Positions 36,144 to 47,299 of a stretch of DNA of 53,859 bases are shown piece after piece (position 1 is the first letter of the stretch; every line of letters starts with the position of its first letter). The position numbers were made by a program, and so were the translations under genes. The notes beneath the pieces were generated by a model that worked only from the letters and a program-made list of their open reading frames with translations, ran no database searches and was not told where the DNA came from. Source of the stretch: Bdellovibrionales bacterium (GTDB lineage: Bacteria; Bdellovibrionota; UBA1018; CAIMNF01); assembly GCA_040380025.1 (NCBI GenBank), contig JBEIJY010000015.1:1-53859 (forward strand), written 5' to 3'.

Positions 36144-37214
36144 TCAGACTTTCATCCGTCTTAGCAAATGCACCGCCAAAAGGCCAAAAATTCCAGATGG
36201 GAACCAAGCCGCGAGCGCCGGCGGAACCGTACCATTCCGGCCGAGCGACATACTGATCGAATATCCGAGCCAGTAAAAAAACGTGATCGCAAAGGCGATC
36301 GTCATGTCGCGGCCCAGGCGGCCCTCACGCGCACGGGACACCGAGAACGGCACCGCGATCAAGAACATGATGATCGGAATGAAGCTCAGGCTGAAGCGCG
36401 ACTGGAGCTTGACCTCGAGCGCCTTCGAGTCGATTCCGCTCGCCTTGTTGGAGCGGATGAAGCGAATCAGGTCTTTGATGCGAAGGCGATCGACCTCTTT
36501 TTCGATCAGCTTGAAGTCCGCGGGGGTTTCTTTGATTCGGAACTCCCGGCTCTGGAAGGTCTCGGTTTTGGGATATCCCTTCGGGTCGTCGTAGCGCACG
36601 AGCTTGCCCTTGCTCAATTCCCAGTGATTGTTCACAAAGGTCGCCTCATCCGCGCGAATCTCCGCCTGCAAGCGGAACTCATCATCGAACTCGTACACCC
36701 CGATGCCGTAAATCCGGCCCTTTGCGGGGTCGAAGTTCCGCAGGTGGTAAATGATGCGGTTGGAGCGGTACCAGATCTTCTCTTGCCGGACGTCCAAAAA
36801 GAAGTCCTGTCGTTTTTGGATTTCCTTCCAGTAGAACTGGCTCTTTTTGTCATGAAAAGCCGGAATGATCCGGTCCTGGAGGATCAAAAGGAAGCAACAA
36901 AACACAAACACGATCGGGAACACCACTCCCATGATCTGGCGGATGCCGATGCCGATCGAATAACAGGCGACGAGCTCGTTGGTTTTACTGAAGCCCGAAA
37001 GGGTGAGCACGGTCGCAATCAGCACCGAGGGGGGCGCCACCATGACCCCCATCGCCGGGAGGTCATACAAATTCATGATGAGCTTTTGCAGTAAAGTGAA
37101 CTCATTGACCTGCGTGATCACCGTCTGGAAGAAAAAAAGGAGCGTCAGGCCGGCGACCGACAAAAGAAGATTCTTAAAAAACGAGCCGGCAATGTAACGC
37201 GCTAGAATTTGCAT
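36144..37214 (-). CDS. lptG: LPS export ABC permease, LptF/LptG family
   Basis: ILARYI start, 3 TM + periplasmic beta domain + 3 TM layout, NELVA motif and C-terminal AAWFP. lptG versus lptF is tentative. Confidence 0.85.
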   Translation of the reverse strand: MQILARYIAGSFFKNLLLSVAGLTLLFFFQTVITQVNEFTLLQKLIMNLYDLPAMGVMVAPPSVLIATVLTLSGFSKTNELVACYSIGIGIRQIMGVVFPIVFVFCCFLLILQDRIIPAFHDKKSQFYWKEIQKRQDFFLDVRQEKIWYRSNRIIYHLRNFDPAKGRIYGIGVYEFDDEFRLQAEIRADEATFVNNHWELSKGKLVRYDDPKGYPKTETFQSREFRIKETPADFKLIEKEVDRLRIKDLIRFIRSNKASGIDSKALEVKLQSRFSLSFIPIIMFLIAVPFSVSRAREGRLGRDMTIAFAITFFYWLGYSISMSLGRNGTVPPALAAWFPSGIFGLLAVHLLRRMKV

Positions 37215-37241
37215 GGATTCAAAGGTAACTTGCTCTTTACT

Positions 37242-38027
<786 letters not shown>

Positions 38028-38717
38028 TCGCGCGAACAGCGCCTGAATGCGATCCGGCATGCGGATCACGACTCGCGCGAGCAAAGGACCGACCGCGTAG
38101 TACACCCTCACGAACGCGCGTCCGCCCCGACTCGTCAGCAGAACCCGATCGCGAAACAAGCGGAGCCGCGGGAGGGTCGCAGGATCGAGATGCTCTTCGA
38201 CCGCGGTCGCAAGAAAGCATTTTCCTCCGCCGAGGCGGATGTGCGCGTCTTTGAAGTCGCGGCGGTTTCGCGGGCTTCCGTTCACCAGGAACTTCCGGAT
38301 CAGCTCGGCCGAAACATGCTGGAAGGGCATTCCCTTCGAAAACGTCACGAAGCGATCGAGGTAATACTTCAGCTTCTCGTGGGTCTTTTTGCCGCCCATG
38401 TCGTGCATCTTGCAAAGGTCCCAGTACACCCCGGTCAGCAAAAGAAGCTCTGCGATCTCTTTTTTTTGGTCAAACTGGTTGGGCTGCAAGCCGTCCTTCG
38501 CGACTTCCTTCGATTTTTCGAGAACATCGATATAACCGAAGTAGTTTTGAATCGACTCGCGGAATTTCCCCTGCCGGAAGGCGATCGCCCCGAGGCGTGC
38601 CATCTCCATGCGTTTCTGGAACATCTTGGCGGTGCGCTCGCGCTCCGCTTTTTCCATCTGGGCTTTTACTTTTTTTCGGGCGCGTACCGATAACGATCCG
38701 TCTTCCACGGGCTGATC

Positions 38718-40733
38718 TTACGAATTATACGGGTCCACGTCCACCACTACGTTCATCCCGCGTTCGGAGGCAATGGCACGCACCCCCTTCGAGACCCGGT
38801 ACAAAAGATCAAGCGACGGCGCCTTGAAGTACAAGTCGAAGCGGTAGCGGTTTTGGGCGCGAAACAACAGCGCCTCCGAGGGGCCAAGAACCCGGTGCTC
38901 CTCGCCTCCGCCCGGAGCCGACGCGAGCATCGCGCGCACGCGCCCTGCGACCTCGAGCGCGAACTCGCGGCAGGCATCTTCGGCTTCATGGTCGAAGCGA
39001 AAGCGCACAAGCCGCGAAAACGGCGGGTAAGAGAGCATCTCGCGCATCGAGAGCTCCTCCTGCACGAACTCCTCGTGCGAAAGCTCCCCCTGCACCACGC
39101 GCACCACGGGATGCTCAAGATCGTACCCCTGCAGGTACACATTGCCCGGAAGCTCCGCGCGTCCGGCGCGCCCCGAGACCTGAATCAGCGTCTGAAGCGC
39201 ACGCTCGGAGGCGCGAAAATCAGGCCACTTCAAGAGCGAATCGACACTCACCACCACGACACAGGTCACCCGCGGAAAATCATGTCCCTTGACGAGCATC
39301 TGGGTTCCGATCAGCACATTCGCCCGCAGGCTCCGGAATTCCTCGAGCGTCTCTTCGAGCCGTTTTTGCGAGGTGATCTGATCGCGATCAAGCCGCAGGA
39401 TCTTTGCGCCCGTCAGCACCATCGCGAGGTCATCCTCGAGCGATTCGGTCCCCGAGCCCATGCCGAACACCTCGGCCGATCCGCACTCCCCGCACTGCGA
39501 AGGCACTCTCGCTCGCGAGGCGCACACATGGCACCGGAGCTCGCCTCGCTTTTGATACAGAGTCATCGAAATCGAGCATTGCGAGCATTTTTGCACCCAA
39601 CCGCAGGCCTGACACAGCAAAAACTGCGCATAGCCCCGCCGGTTCAAGAAGATCATCACCTGCTCGCCGCGGTCGATCGCCCCCTGCATGGCTCGAATTG
39701 TCGTGGGCGCAAGCGGCGTGCGCACGGTCCCGGCCCCGACCGGCGACTCATCGATGAGCGAGACCGCGTGAATCGTGGGAAGCGTGCTCTTCGAGTATCT
39801 CGACTTGAGCTTCAGCGGAACGAGCTTTCCCTCGCGCACGCGCTGGATGCTCTCGAGGCTCGGCGTCGCGCTCCCGAGCACGATCGGGATTTTTCGTTGC
39901 TTTGCACGGAACATTGCGAGATCGCGGGCCTGATACCGGAACCGCTCTTCTTGTTTGTAGGTCGAATCGTGCTCTTCATCGACGACGATCAGGCCCAGGT
40001 TGCAAAACGGCGCAAACAAAGCCGAGCGCGCGCCGATCACGACGCGAATCTGCCCCTCCTTGACCTGCCTCCACTGGGTCTGCCGGACGCCGTCCGAGAG
40101 CGCCGAGTGCCAGAGCGCGACCCGCTCGGGAAGGCTCGACTGGAAGCGGTCGCGAAGCTGGGCGGTGAGCGAGATCTCGGGCACGAGAATGAGCACGGAC
40201 TTTCCCTGTGCAAGCGCATCCCGCGCAAGCTCGATGTACACCTCGGTTTTTCCGCTGCCGGTGATGCCCTCGAGTAAGAAGGCCGCGTCCGGCCGGGACT
40301 CGCATCGGGCTCGAATTTCGGCCACCACGCGGGATTGCTCGTCCGAGAGCACGCGGTTTTTGCGGGAATCATCGAAGGCGGCCGTTTTTTTGGCCCGCGC
40401 CGAGAGCACCTGATCGGGCTTCGGGGGCGCGGCCGCGAAGAGCGCCTCGCCGATCGGGTACTGGTAATATTCCGAGCCAAAACGGCAGAGCGCAAGAACC
40501 TCTTCGGGAAGCCGGAACGAAGCATCGAGCCGCTCGATCACGGGCTTGGCCTTCACCCCCTCGGGCAAAGCGGGAGCTTCGCTCGAGGTCTCGATCACGC
40601 ACGCGTTCAACTTGGAGTTCCCGAACGGAACACGCACCCAATCGCCGGCCTGAACAGAACCAAGAGTCACCTCATCGTACTCGTAATCAAAAAGCGCGTC
40701 GATCGGACGCGGAACGGCGACTTTAACGTACAA
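38718..40733 (-). CDS. priA: Primosomal protein N' (replication restart helicase)
   Basis: GITGSGKTEVY, DEEH, four CxxC pairs and QVSGRAGR. Confidence 0.97.
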   Translation of the reverse strand: MYVKVAVPRPIDALFDYEYDEVTLGSVQAGDWVRVPFGNSKLNACVIETSSEAPALPEGVKAKPVIERLDASFRLPEEVLALCRFGSEYYQYPIGEALFAAAPPKPDQVLSARAKKTAAFDDSRKNRVLSDEQSRVVAEIRARCESRPDAAFLLEGITGSGKTEVYIELARDALAQGKSVLILVPEISLTAQLRDRFQSSLPERVALWHSALSDGVRQTQWRQVKEGQIRVVIGARSALFAPFCNLGLIVVDEEHDSTYKQEERFRYQARDLAMFRAKQRKIPIVLGSATPSLESIQRVREGKLVPLKLKSRYSKSTLPTIHAVSLIDESPVGAGTVRTPLAPTTIRAMQGAIDRGEQVMIFLNRRGYAQFLLCQACGWVQKCSQCSISMTLYQKRGELRCHVCASRARVPSQCGECGSAEVFGMGSGTESLEDDLAMVLTGAKILRLDRDQITSQKRLEETLEEFRSLRANVLIGTQMLVKGHDFPRVTCVVVVSVDSLLKWPDFRASERALQTLIQVSGRAGRAELPGNVYLQGYDLEHPVVRVVQGELSHEEFVQEELSMREMLSYPPFSRLVRFRFDHEAEDACREFALEVAGRVRAMLASAPGGGEEHRVLGPSEALLFRAQNRYRFDLYFKAPSLDLLYRVSKGVRAIASERGMNVVVDVDPYNS

Positions 40734-41478
40734 GCTGAACCCACTCCTTGACGGCAGAGGATTCGATGGGCGCGGCCTCGAATTTTTCTTTTTTTGCGGG
40801 GGTGTCGGCCTTGATTGACTTCAGCTCGAACTGAAACGCCTGATCTCGTCCCGCATGTCGAACCTCGACCAATTTTGGGACCTTTGCGGTGGCGCCCGGA
40901 ATCGCAAACGATCGCACGGTGACTCCGTCGAGCTTCAGGCCCTCGCGGTACCGAAGCGGAGCAAACTCGTCCTTCTGGAAATCAATCTCGGCGATGGGAT
41001 CTCCGGGACTCATCCAACCCCATGTGACCTTTTGCTCGATTCGCGAAAGACGCACCTCTTGAATCGCCTTGGGCGAAACCCGGAGCTCTCCGAGCGCCGC
41101 ACGCACTCGCACCGCATCGGGATCGAGCGCGATTACGAGCCAGAACCGCCCGAACGGAGAAAGCCTTGCCAGGGTGGTCTCGACCGCGCCCAGAGGCTCA
41201 TCCGAGGGCGAAAAATACGAAATCTGCACTTTTCCGGTGGAGTAATCGACACGGAGGGTTTCTTTGAACATCACCGCAGGGGCTGGCGGGACCATGTCTT
41301 GACCTGCCGGTGCTTGACTCGGATTCGCTACTGCTTGAGCCGTGACCCTCGCCGACCATTCGAGGCTCTTCAGCCCTGCGCGTTCGGAAACCGCGTGCGA
41401 AACCACAAAATCGGGGTCGGGAAGATACGCCTGCGCCGCTTGAGCGAAAAACAATCCTGCGAGCAGGAAGGTCCTCAC
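40723..41478 (-). CDS. Secreted hypothetical protein (beta-rich, possibly LolA-like)
   Basis: Signal peptide ending AQA. Coupled to galU and priA. Confidence 0.7.
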   Translation of the reverse strand: MRTFLLAGLFFAQAAQAYLPDPDFVVSHAVSERAGLKSLEWSARVTAQAVANPSQAPAGQDMVPPAPAVMFKETLRVDYSTGKVQISYFSPSDEPLGAVETTLARLSPFGRFWLVIALDPDAVRVRAALGELRVSPKAIQEVRLSRIEQKVTWGWMSPGDPIAEIDFQKDEFAPLRYREGLKLDGVTVRSFAIPGATAKVPKLVEVRHAGRDQAFQFELKSIKADTPAKKEKFEAAPIESSAVKEWVQLVR

Positions 41479-42353
41479 TTGGTCGCCCTCATGTGTCGCT
41501 CCATGATCTTGAGCAATCCGTCCCGAAGCTCCGGCCTTCTCAAACCAAACGTGAGGGTCGCATCCAGATACCCCAGGCGATCGCCCGTATCATACCGGTC
41601 GCCCTCAAAACGGTGGGCAAGGAGGCCCTTCGTTTGCGCCAGGTTCAAGAGCGCATCGGTAAGCTGGATCTCGCCGCCCTTGCCGGGCTTGGTTTGCGCG
41701 ATCGAATCGAAAATCGCGGCATCGACCACATAGCGTCCCGGAATCGCAAAGCGCGAAGGCGCATCGGCCGGATCGGGCTTCTCGACCATGGTGCTCACGC
41801 GAATCGTGCGGGAGTCGATCGAGTCTCCTCCGACGATGCCGTATTTGCGGGTGTCGGCGAGCGGAACCTCCATCACGCCGACCACACTGAGCCCGTGTTC
41901 GTCGTACACGTTCATGAGCTGGCGGGTGCAGGGAACCGGAGCGTCGATCAGATCATCGCCGAGAAGGATCGCGAACGGATCCCGTCCCACGACCGTGCGG
42001 GCACAGCCCACCGCGTGGCCGAGGCCGGCCGGCTCTTTTTGGTACACACAAATGATGTTGCAACTCTCGGCGATTTTTTTGATCGACCGCGCAAGCTCCT
42101 CTTTGCCGCTCTTCATCAGGCGATCTTCGAGCTCGTAGTTGTAATCAAAATACCGTTCAAGATCTTCTTTGTGGCGCGAGGTGATGAGAACAATGTCCTC
42201 GACTCCGCTCTGAATCGCCTCTTCGACGATGTAATGAATCATCGGCTTGTCGATGATGGGGATCATCTCTTTGGAGACCGTCTTGGTGACCGGAAGAAAC
42301 CGGGTGCCAAGTCCGGCCGCAGGAATCACGGCCTTCTTGATTTTGGCTTTCAT
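41475..42353 (-). CDS. galU: UTP-glucose-1-phosphate uridylyltransferase
   Basis: KAVIPAAGLGTRFLP, GLGHAV, VEKP and GEIQLTDA motifs. Confidence 0.96.
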   Translation of the reverse strand: MKAKIKKAVIPAAGLGTRFLPVTKTVSKEMIPIIDKPMIHYIVEEAIQSGVEDIVLITSRHKEDLERYFDYNYELEDRLMKSGKEELARSIKKIAESCNIICVYQKEPAGLGHAVGCARTVVGRDPFAILLGDDLIDAPVPCTRQLMNVYDEHGLSVVGVMEVPLADTRKYGIVGGDSIDSRTIRVSTMVEKPDPADAPSRFAIPGRYVVDAAIFDSIAQTKPGKGGEIQLTDALLNLAQTKGLLAHRFEGDRYDTGDRLGYLDATLTFGLRRPELRDGLLKIMERHMRATK

Positions 42354-42392
42354 ATTGCCAGCCCATCTTATCCACGGTAACCCTAGAATAGA

Positions 42393-43232
42393 ATGAAAAA
42401 AACGAGCCTCCTTCTTGCGGCGTACCTTGCGGTTTTCGTGGCGTTTTCAGGCGCAGGGGCGGTGGAGTTTCAAAGCCCGAGGACCCTCGCCCTGGGCGGT
42501 GCGGGACGGGCGGGCCCGTGGCTGACCGATTCGATCTATCTGAACCCCTCCTTCGCCTCCTACACCCCCCGATACGTGCTCTCGGGTGCCTATACGGGGT
42601 TCGGCACCGGCCGCAACTACAATGTCTCGGTGCAGGACTCGCGCGCCGAGGTGGTCCAGGCCGGAGTGGGCTATACCAAGCGCGAACAAAACGCATCGGT
42701 GAATCTGGGCGCGAGCAAGGCGTTCTTCAAGAAACTCGGCGTCGGGCTCGGGAGCAAGTTCATTTTTGACAACGAGACAGGAACCATGACCCCGGACTTC
42801 AGCCTCTCGGGCTCCTACATCGCGCTTCCGTGGATGTATGCCTCGCTGATCATCGACAATCTCGTGGCCGGGCAGGACCAGGTCGCGCGCAAGCTCCATC
42901 GTACATTTCACCCGTCCTTCAAGTTCATTCCCACCAAGCAGATCGGCATCTTTTTTGATCCCTTTTACTCGCCCGCATACTCGGACGGAAAAAAGTCGGG
43001 CTACAGCGTTGGGATCGAGGCTGGAATTTTGAACGATTTTTATCTTCGAGTCGGAAAATTCCAGGATGCCGACATCACTCACCTGAACACCCGCGGAAGC
43101 GGCTTCGGGTACGGACTCGCCTGGGTCGGCCCCCGCCTGAGCGCCGAGTACGGCGTGAGCCGTGCCCTCTCGACTCATTCGGGTGCGGGCTTCACCACCG
43201 CCCACTCGGGTTCGGTGATCATTTACTTCTGA
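42393..43232 (+). CDS. Outer-membrane beta-barrel protein (FadL/PorV-like N-terminus)
   Basis: Signal peptide, PRTLALGGAG...DSIYLNPS plug motif, amphipathic strands and a terminal Phe. Confidence 0.72.
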   Translation: MKKTSLLLAAYLAVFVAFSGAGAVEFQSPRTLALGGAGRAGPWLTDSIYLNPSFASYTPRYVLSGAYTGFGTGRNYNVSVQDSRAEVVQAGVGYTKREQNASVNLGASKAFFKKLGVGLGSKFIFDNETGTMTPDFSLSGSYIALPWMYASLIIDNLVAGQDQVARKLHRTFHPSFKFIPTKQIGIFFDPFYSPAYSDGKKSGYSVGIEAGILNDFYLRVGKFQDADITHLNTRGSGFGYGLAWVGPRLSAEYGVSRALSTHSGAGFTTAHSGSVIIYF

Positions 43233-43252
43233 TCACCGATATTGGTCGTCGC

Positions 43253-44044
43253 TTAGAATCGGCCCTGATCGTGTTTCCACTTTCTGAATTTCCGGACCCA
43301 TCGGGGAATCAAACGGTTCTCTGATTTTCTGGGATCAAACCCCCATTTCTCGATAAAAAGCTCCAAGCCCTGACGCTCGTACCCCTGGGCCAGTAGGCCA
43401 GGCGAAGAGCGGGTCCCCATGGACTGATGCCAAATGAACGCGTTACTGGTCTGCCCGTACCGAAGGCCCGACAAATCCATGCGATGGCGAAGATCGGTGT
43501 CCTCGTAGGTCACAAAAAATCGCTCATCAAAAATTCCGCCGTGATCGAATCGCAGGCGATCGACCGCGGACCTTCGAAAGCACATCAAAATCGGAACAAA
43601 ATGCCTCCGGCTCCGATCCCGGTTGCCGGCGACAAACTCTTCAGCCCGTTGCTCCATTGATTCCGTCCAAGGACGCTCATCAAAGTGTGGCCCGATCACA
43701 TCGAACCCGAGACGGTCGGCATCGCGAACCAGCCGGAGATCCCACTCGGCAGAGAGCCAGGTATCGTTGTTCAGGACCACGATCCAGTCTTCTTTTATTT
43801 TTCGAATGCCTTGATTGCAGGCGCGCCCGAAGCCTTGGTTTTCCTCGTTCCGGATGAAATCGAATGCGATCCCCCGGGCCAAAAACGACTCTTTTGCCTC
43901 GGCAAGAAATGCGGGAGTCGAATCGACCGAGGCGTTGTCGACCACCACCACCGACGAAACCGCACGGGAGTTTTGAAGCAAGGACTCGAGGCATCGACGG
44001 GTCAGCTCGACCTTGTTGAATACGGGAATCACCACACCGATCAT
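43253..44044 (-). CDS. Glycosyltransferase family 2
   Basis: VVIPVFN, VVDNAS, NQGFGRACNQG, LNND and YEDTD motifs. Confidence 0.92.
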   Translation of the reverse strand: MIGVVIPVFNKVELTRRCLESLLQNSRAVSSVVVVDNASVDSTPAFLAEAKESFLARGIAFDFIRNEENQGFGRACNQGIRKIKEDWIVVLNNDTWLSAEWDLRLVRDADRLGFDVIGPHFDERPWTESMEQRAEEFVAGNRDRSRRHFVPILMCFRRSAVDRLRFDHGGIFDERFFVTYEDTDLRHRMDLSGLRYGQTSNAFIWHQSMGTRSSPGLLAQGYERQGLELFIEKWGFDPRKSENRLIPRWVRKFRKWKHDQGRF

Positions 44045-44054
44045 CGGCACTCCC

Positions 44055-44588
44055 TCACCCTTCGCGAATCACACCCAAAAAATGCTCGTGCATGCGATCG
44101 AGCATGTTCTCATTCAGCACCAATTGCCGGTACGGGAGCCCGATCAGACCAAAAATGCGCTTGGCAATGCGGTTCATCTCGAGGTGCTGGTGCTTGTCCG
44201 AAAGATAAATCACCTCGCTGATTTTTTTCGACGCCACGAGCTTTGCGCACTCGTGACACGGAAAGTGCGTCACATACAGCTTTGAGCCTTCGAGCCGACC
44301 GTTCGCGTGCAAAATCGCATTCGCCTCGGCATGAACCACATAGCCGTATTTTTGATGTTCGAGGCTCACGGCCGAGTCCTTGCCCCACGGGAGCTGGCTC
44401 TCGTCGATGCCGGCAACGAACCCGTTGTACCCCATGCTGATCTGGTGGTTGTCTTGATCGACGAACACGGCGCCCACTTTGGTCGAGGGATCCTTCGATC
44501 GATACGAGGCAAGAATCGCCTGGAGCATGAAGTACTCATCCCAATTGATGGGCGAGCGGGCCTCGATGAAATTGATCTTTGAATCCAT
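44055..44588 (-). CDS. dCMP deaminase
   Basis: WDEYF, RSKDPSTKVGA, GYNG, VHAEANAI and FPCHEC motifs. Confidence 0.93.
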   Translation of the reverse strand: MDSKINFIEARSPINWDEYFMLQAILASYRSKDPSTKVGAVFVDQDNHQISMGYNGFVAGIDESQLPWGKDSAVSLEHQKYGYVVHAEANAILHANGRLEGSKLYVTHFPCHECAKLVASKKISEVIYLSDKHQHLEMNRIAKRIFGLIGLPYRQLVLNENMLDRMHEHFLGVIREG

Positions 44589-44646
44589 GCCGGAACAATA
44601 GAGAAAAACCCCCTGCGAGTCAAAGGCGCACGAAGGAATCGGCGCC

Positions 44647-45423
44647 TTAGTACACGATCTTCTTTTTGCCCGAGGCGGCTTCGACCACCTGGGGCACGGC
44701 CCGTTCAAACAGGATTTTCAGGTTCCTGTCCTGAAGCACCTCTTCGGCAGGTCCCTGCGCCACCGCGCGGCCTTTCTTCAAAAACAAAAGCTGATCCGAG
44801 ACCTCCGACAAAAAATTCAAGTCGTGCGAGGCGATCACGAACGCCATGCCCGACATGGCCCAAGCGCGCAAGATTCCCGCAACGAGCATGAGCCGATCGA
44901 GATCGAGCTTCGAGAAGGTCTCGTCGAGCACGAGTGCCTTCGGGGCCTGCATGAGCCCGCGTGCGAACATCATGAGCTGTTTTTCGCCGTCACTCAGGGT
45001 CTGAAACGACCGCCCCAAAAAGTCCTGAATCTGAAGCGCCTCGACGACTCCCAAAATCGCCTCGCGCTCCTTGCTCGTGATTCCGGGCCAAAGCCGGTTC
45101 GAGCACGACTCGACTCCCATCTCGAACAAATCGCGCACGCTCAGGTCGAACGGCGCCCGAAAATCACTCCCCAAATAAATCACCCGCGAGGCCCGCTCGC
45201 GCGCCGAGCTTCCGCGCTCCAAGGGCGCTCCCGCCACCCGCACCTCGCCCTGAATCCGGCCGCTCCCGTTCATGCCGGCAAGCGCCCGAAGGAGCGTGCT
45301 CTTGCCCGACCCGTTCGGGCCATACACGCCCAGCACCGTCTCGGCCTCGACCGTAAAATCGATCGGCTCGAGCACCGTGGCACCGCCTGCGTACTCGACC
45401 GAGAGCTTGCTTGCGCGGATCAT
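44647..45423 (-). CDS. ABC transporter ATPase (cobalamin/Fe-siderophore type)
   Basis: GPNGSGKS, LSDGEKQ, LDE and SHDLN motifs. Confidence 0.9.
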   Translation of the reverse strand: MIRASKLSVEYAGGATVLEPIDFTVEAETVLGVYGPNGSGKSTLLRALAGMNGSGRIQGEVRVAGAPLERGSSARERASRVIYLGSDFRAPFDLSVRDLFEMGVESCSNRLWPGITSKEREAILGVVEALQIQDFLGRSFQTLSDGEKQLMMFARGLMQAPKALVLDETFSKLDLDRLMLVAGILRAWAMSGMAFVIASHDLNFLSEVSDQLLFLKKGRAVAQGPAEEVLQDRNLKILFERAVPQVVEAASGKKKIVY

Positions 45424-46373
45424 TCGATCGCCCCTTTGGTTTTGCGCAAAAACAGCCGAATCAACAGCGGCGCCCCGAGAAGGGCCGTCACCGCTCCGAC
45501 CGGAAGCTCGCGGGGCTCACCCGCGGCGCGCGCAATCGAATCGCTCAGGGTCAGAATCACCGCCCCTCCCAAAAAACAAAGCGGGATCAGATGAAAATGC
45601 CGGCTCGTCCTCGTCCACTGGCGCATCAGGTGCGGAACCATGAGGCCCACAAAGCCGATCACGCCCGCCGCGCCCACACAAAACCCGACCACGACCGAAA
45701 CGAGCGCAATCGCCGTCTTGCGGGTTTTCGGAAGCGAAACACCGAAGCTCTCGACCCACTCCTCGCCGAACAAAAACGCATCGAGGGTTTTCGAGCGCAC
45801 CAGGAACCAGGCGCTCACGGCGGTCACGAGGCCCAAGAGCGAAAGGGCCGTTCCGGTTCCGGCGCGCGATAAGTCTCCCAACAGCCAAAAATTAAGGCTC
45901 TGCACACCCATCGGGTCCGCAAGGGCCATCCAGATCGCAAGCAAGCTCGCGGCCGTCAGGCTCACCATCACGCCGACCAGCACGATCGATTCCTGCCCGC
46001 GCCCCCCGCGCGAAATCACCGTAAGAAGCAAGGCAATCACCACCCCGGCCCCCATCACGGCCCCGGCATTCCAGCCCAAAAACGAGGCAGAGCTTCCGAC
46101 TGTGGCTCCGATTGCGGCTCCGAGGGCCGCGCCCGAGGCGATTCCGAGGGTATAGGGCTCGGCAAGCGGATTCCCGAGCACGGTCTGCAACACGAGCCCC
46201 GAAACCGAAAGACCCGCACCGACCGCCAAGGCCAAAAGAAGCCGCGGGAGCCGGAGCTCCCAAATCAAAAGCGAGGCGTTTTCGAAATCCAGCCGAAGCA
46301 AGAGCGACAAGGCCGCCGACGCGGCCAGCGCGCACGCCAAACCAAGATAAGCGATTTTTGGCTTACGGGGCAT
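45420..46373 (-). CDS. FecCD/BtuC family permease
   Basis: LRLPR, NPLAEPYTLG, IGFVGLMVPH and ELPVG motifs. Confidence 0.92.
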   Translation of the reverse strand: MPRKPKIAYLGLACALAASAALSLLLRLDFENASLLIWELRLPRLLLALAVGAGLSVSGLVLQTVLGNPLAEPYTLGIASGAALGAAIGATVGSSASFLGWNAGAVMGAGVVIALLLTVISRGGRGQESIVLVGVMVSLTAASLLAIWMALADPMGVQSLNFWLLGDLSRAGTGTALSLLGLVTAVSAWFLVRSKTLDAFLFGEEWVESFGVSLPKTRKTAIALVSVVVGFCVGAAGVIGFVGLMVPHLMRQWTRTSRHFHLIPLCFLGGAVILTLSDSIARAAGEPRELPVGAVTALLGAPLLIRLFLRKTKGAIE

Positions 46374-47241
46374 GGCCCGAGTTTAGCTGTTTCAGGGCAT
46401 TTAACAACCGAAGACTGCACCGGGCGAAGTCGTCGCCCGAGAGGGCCACCACGCGGCCGGCCCTCACGGCTCGAAGCGCCCGAAAGCGCGCCCAGCGTTT
46501 TTTTGCGACCGCCAAGGTGGCCTCCTCGCCCCCGTGGGTCAGAACAAAAATCCACTCAGGATTACGCCGCAAAACCGCCTCGATCGACACCTTCGGGTAG
46601 CCCGAGTCGAGGTCATCGAACACATTCCGAAATCCCGCGGCGCCCAGGGCCTCGGTCAAGATGCTTTGCTTTCCGGCCGTGATCAGGGGCTCGGCCTGAA
46701 TCTCGATCAGGTACGAGCGGTTGTTTTTTATGGCAGCCGAGCCATTCGGGCCCGATGCGCCAGCAGGCCCCGCTTGGGCCAGAGTCTCTTGCAGGGTCTT
46801 CTCCCAGCGCTCGCGCTCGCGCTTTGCGCCCGCGGGCTCCCCGAGCGCGTCTCCGAGCTTCGTGATCCACTCACCAAACCCGGCAAATCGCTCTTTCGGG
46901 AGCACCCGCAGGTTCAGCCTGAGCCGCCGCAACTGCTCGAGTTGGTCGGGGCGATTGTATTCTTCTGAAGCGAGCACGAGGTCGGGCTTCAGGGCGGCCA
47001 CGCGCTCGATGTTCACGAGCGAATAGGGCCCGACGGTGGGAATGGACTTCAGGAGTGCGGGATGATGCGAGTACTCACTGACTCCGACGATCGCGGTCCG
47101 TGAGTAGTCGTCGCCCAGAACCGCGGCCGTCCATTCTGAGAGGAGCGGATTCAGGGCCACAATGCGCCGGGGCGCCGCCTCGGCCCAAGCGGCGATGCAC
47201 ATCGAACTGACCAAAAGGACGATCCTGAACGTCATGATCAA
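46363..47241 (-). CDS. BtuF-like periplasmic binding protein
   Basis: Signal peptide, RIVALNP, NIERVAALKPDLV, and YPKVSIEAVLRRNP. Confidence 0.88.
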   Translation of the reverse strand: MIMTFRIVLLVSSMCIAAWAEAAPRRIVALNPLLSEWTAAVLGDDYSRTAIVGVSEYSHHPALLKSIPTVGPYSLVNIERVAALKPDLVLASEEYNRPDQLEQLRRLRLNLRVLPKERFAGFGEWITKLGDALGEPAGAKRERERWEKTLQETLAQAGPAGASGPNGSAAIKNNRSYLIEIQAEPLITAGKQSILTEALGAAGFRNVFDDLDSGYPKVSIEAVLRRNPEWIFVLTHGGEEATLAVAKKRWARFRALRAVRAGRVVALSGDDFARCSLRLLNALKQLNSGHAP

Positions 47242-47299
47242 AGCGAGCTCCTTTGATTGCGCATGATGGGTTGAGACGCACTAAAATGGGGTCTGGGAA

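Noticed and set aside
42393..43232. PorV-like barrel as evidence of a type IX-like sorting system with the CFI-box protein
   Set aside because: The plug motif is shared with FadL-type barrels, and no other components are present.
47242..47299. Cobalamin riboswitch ahead of the BtuFCD-like genes
   Set aside because: The spacer is only ~58 nt and has no B12-box.
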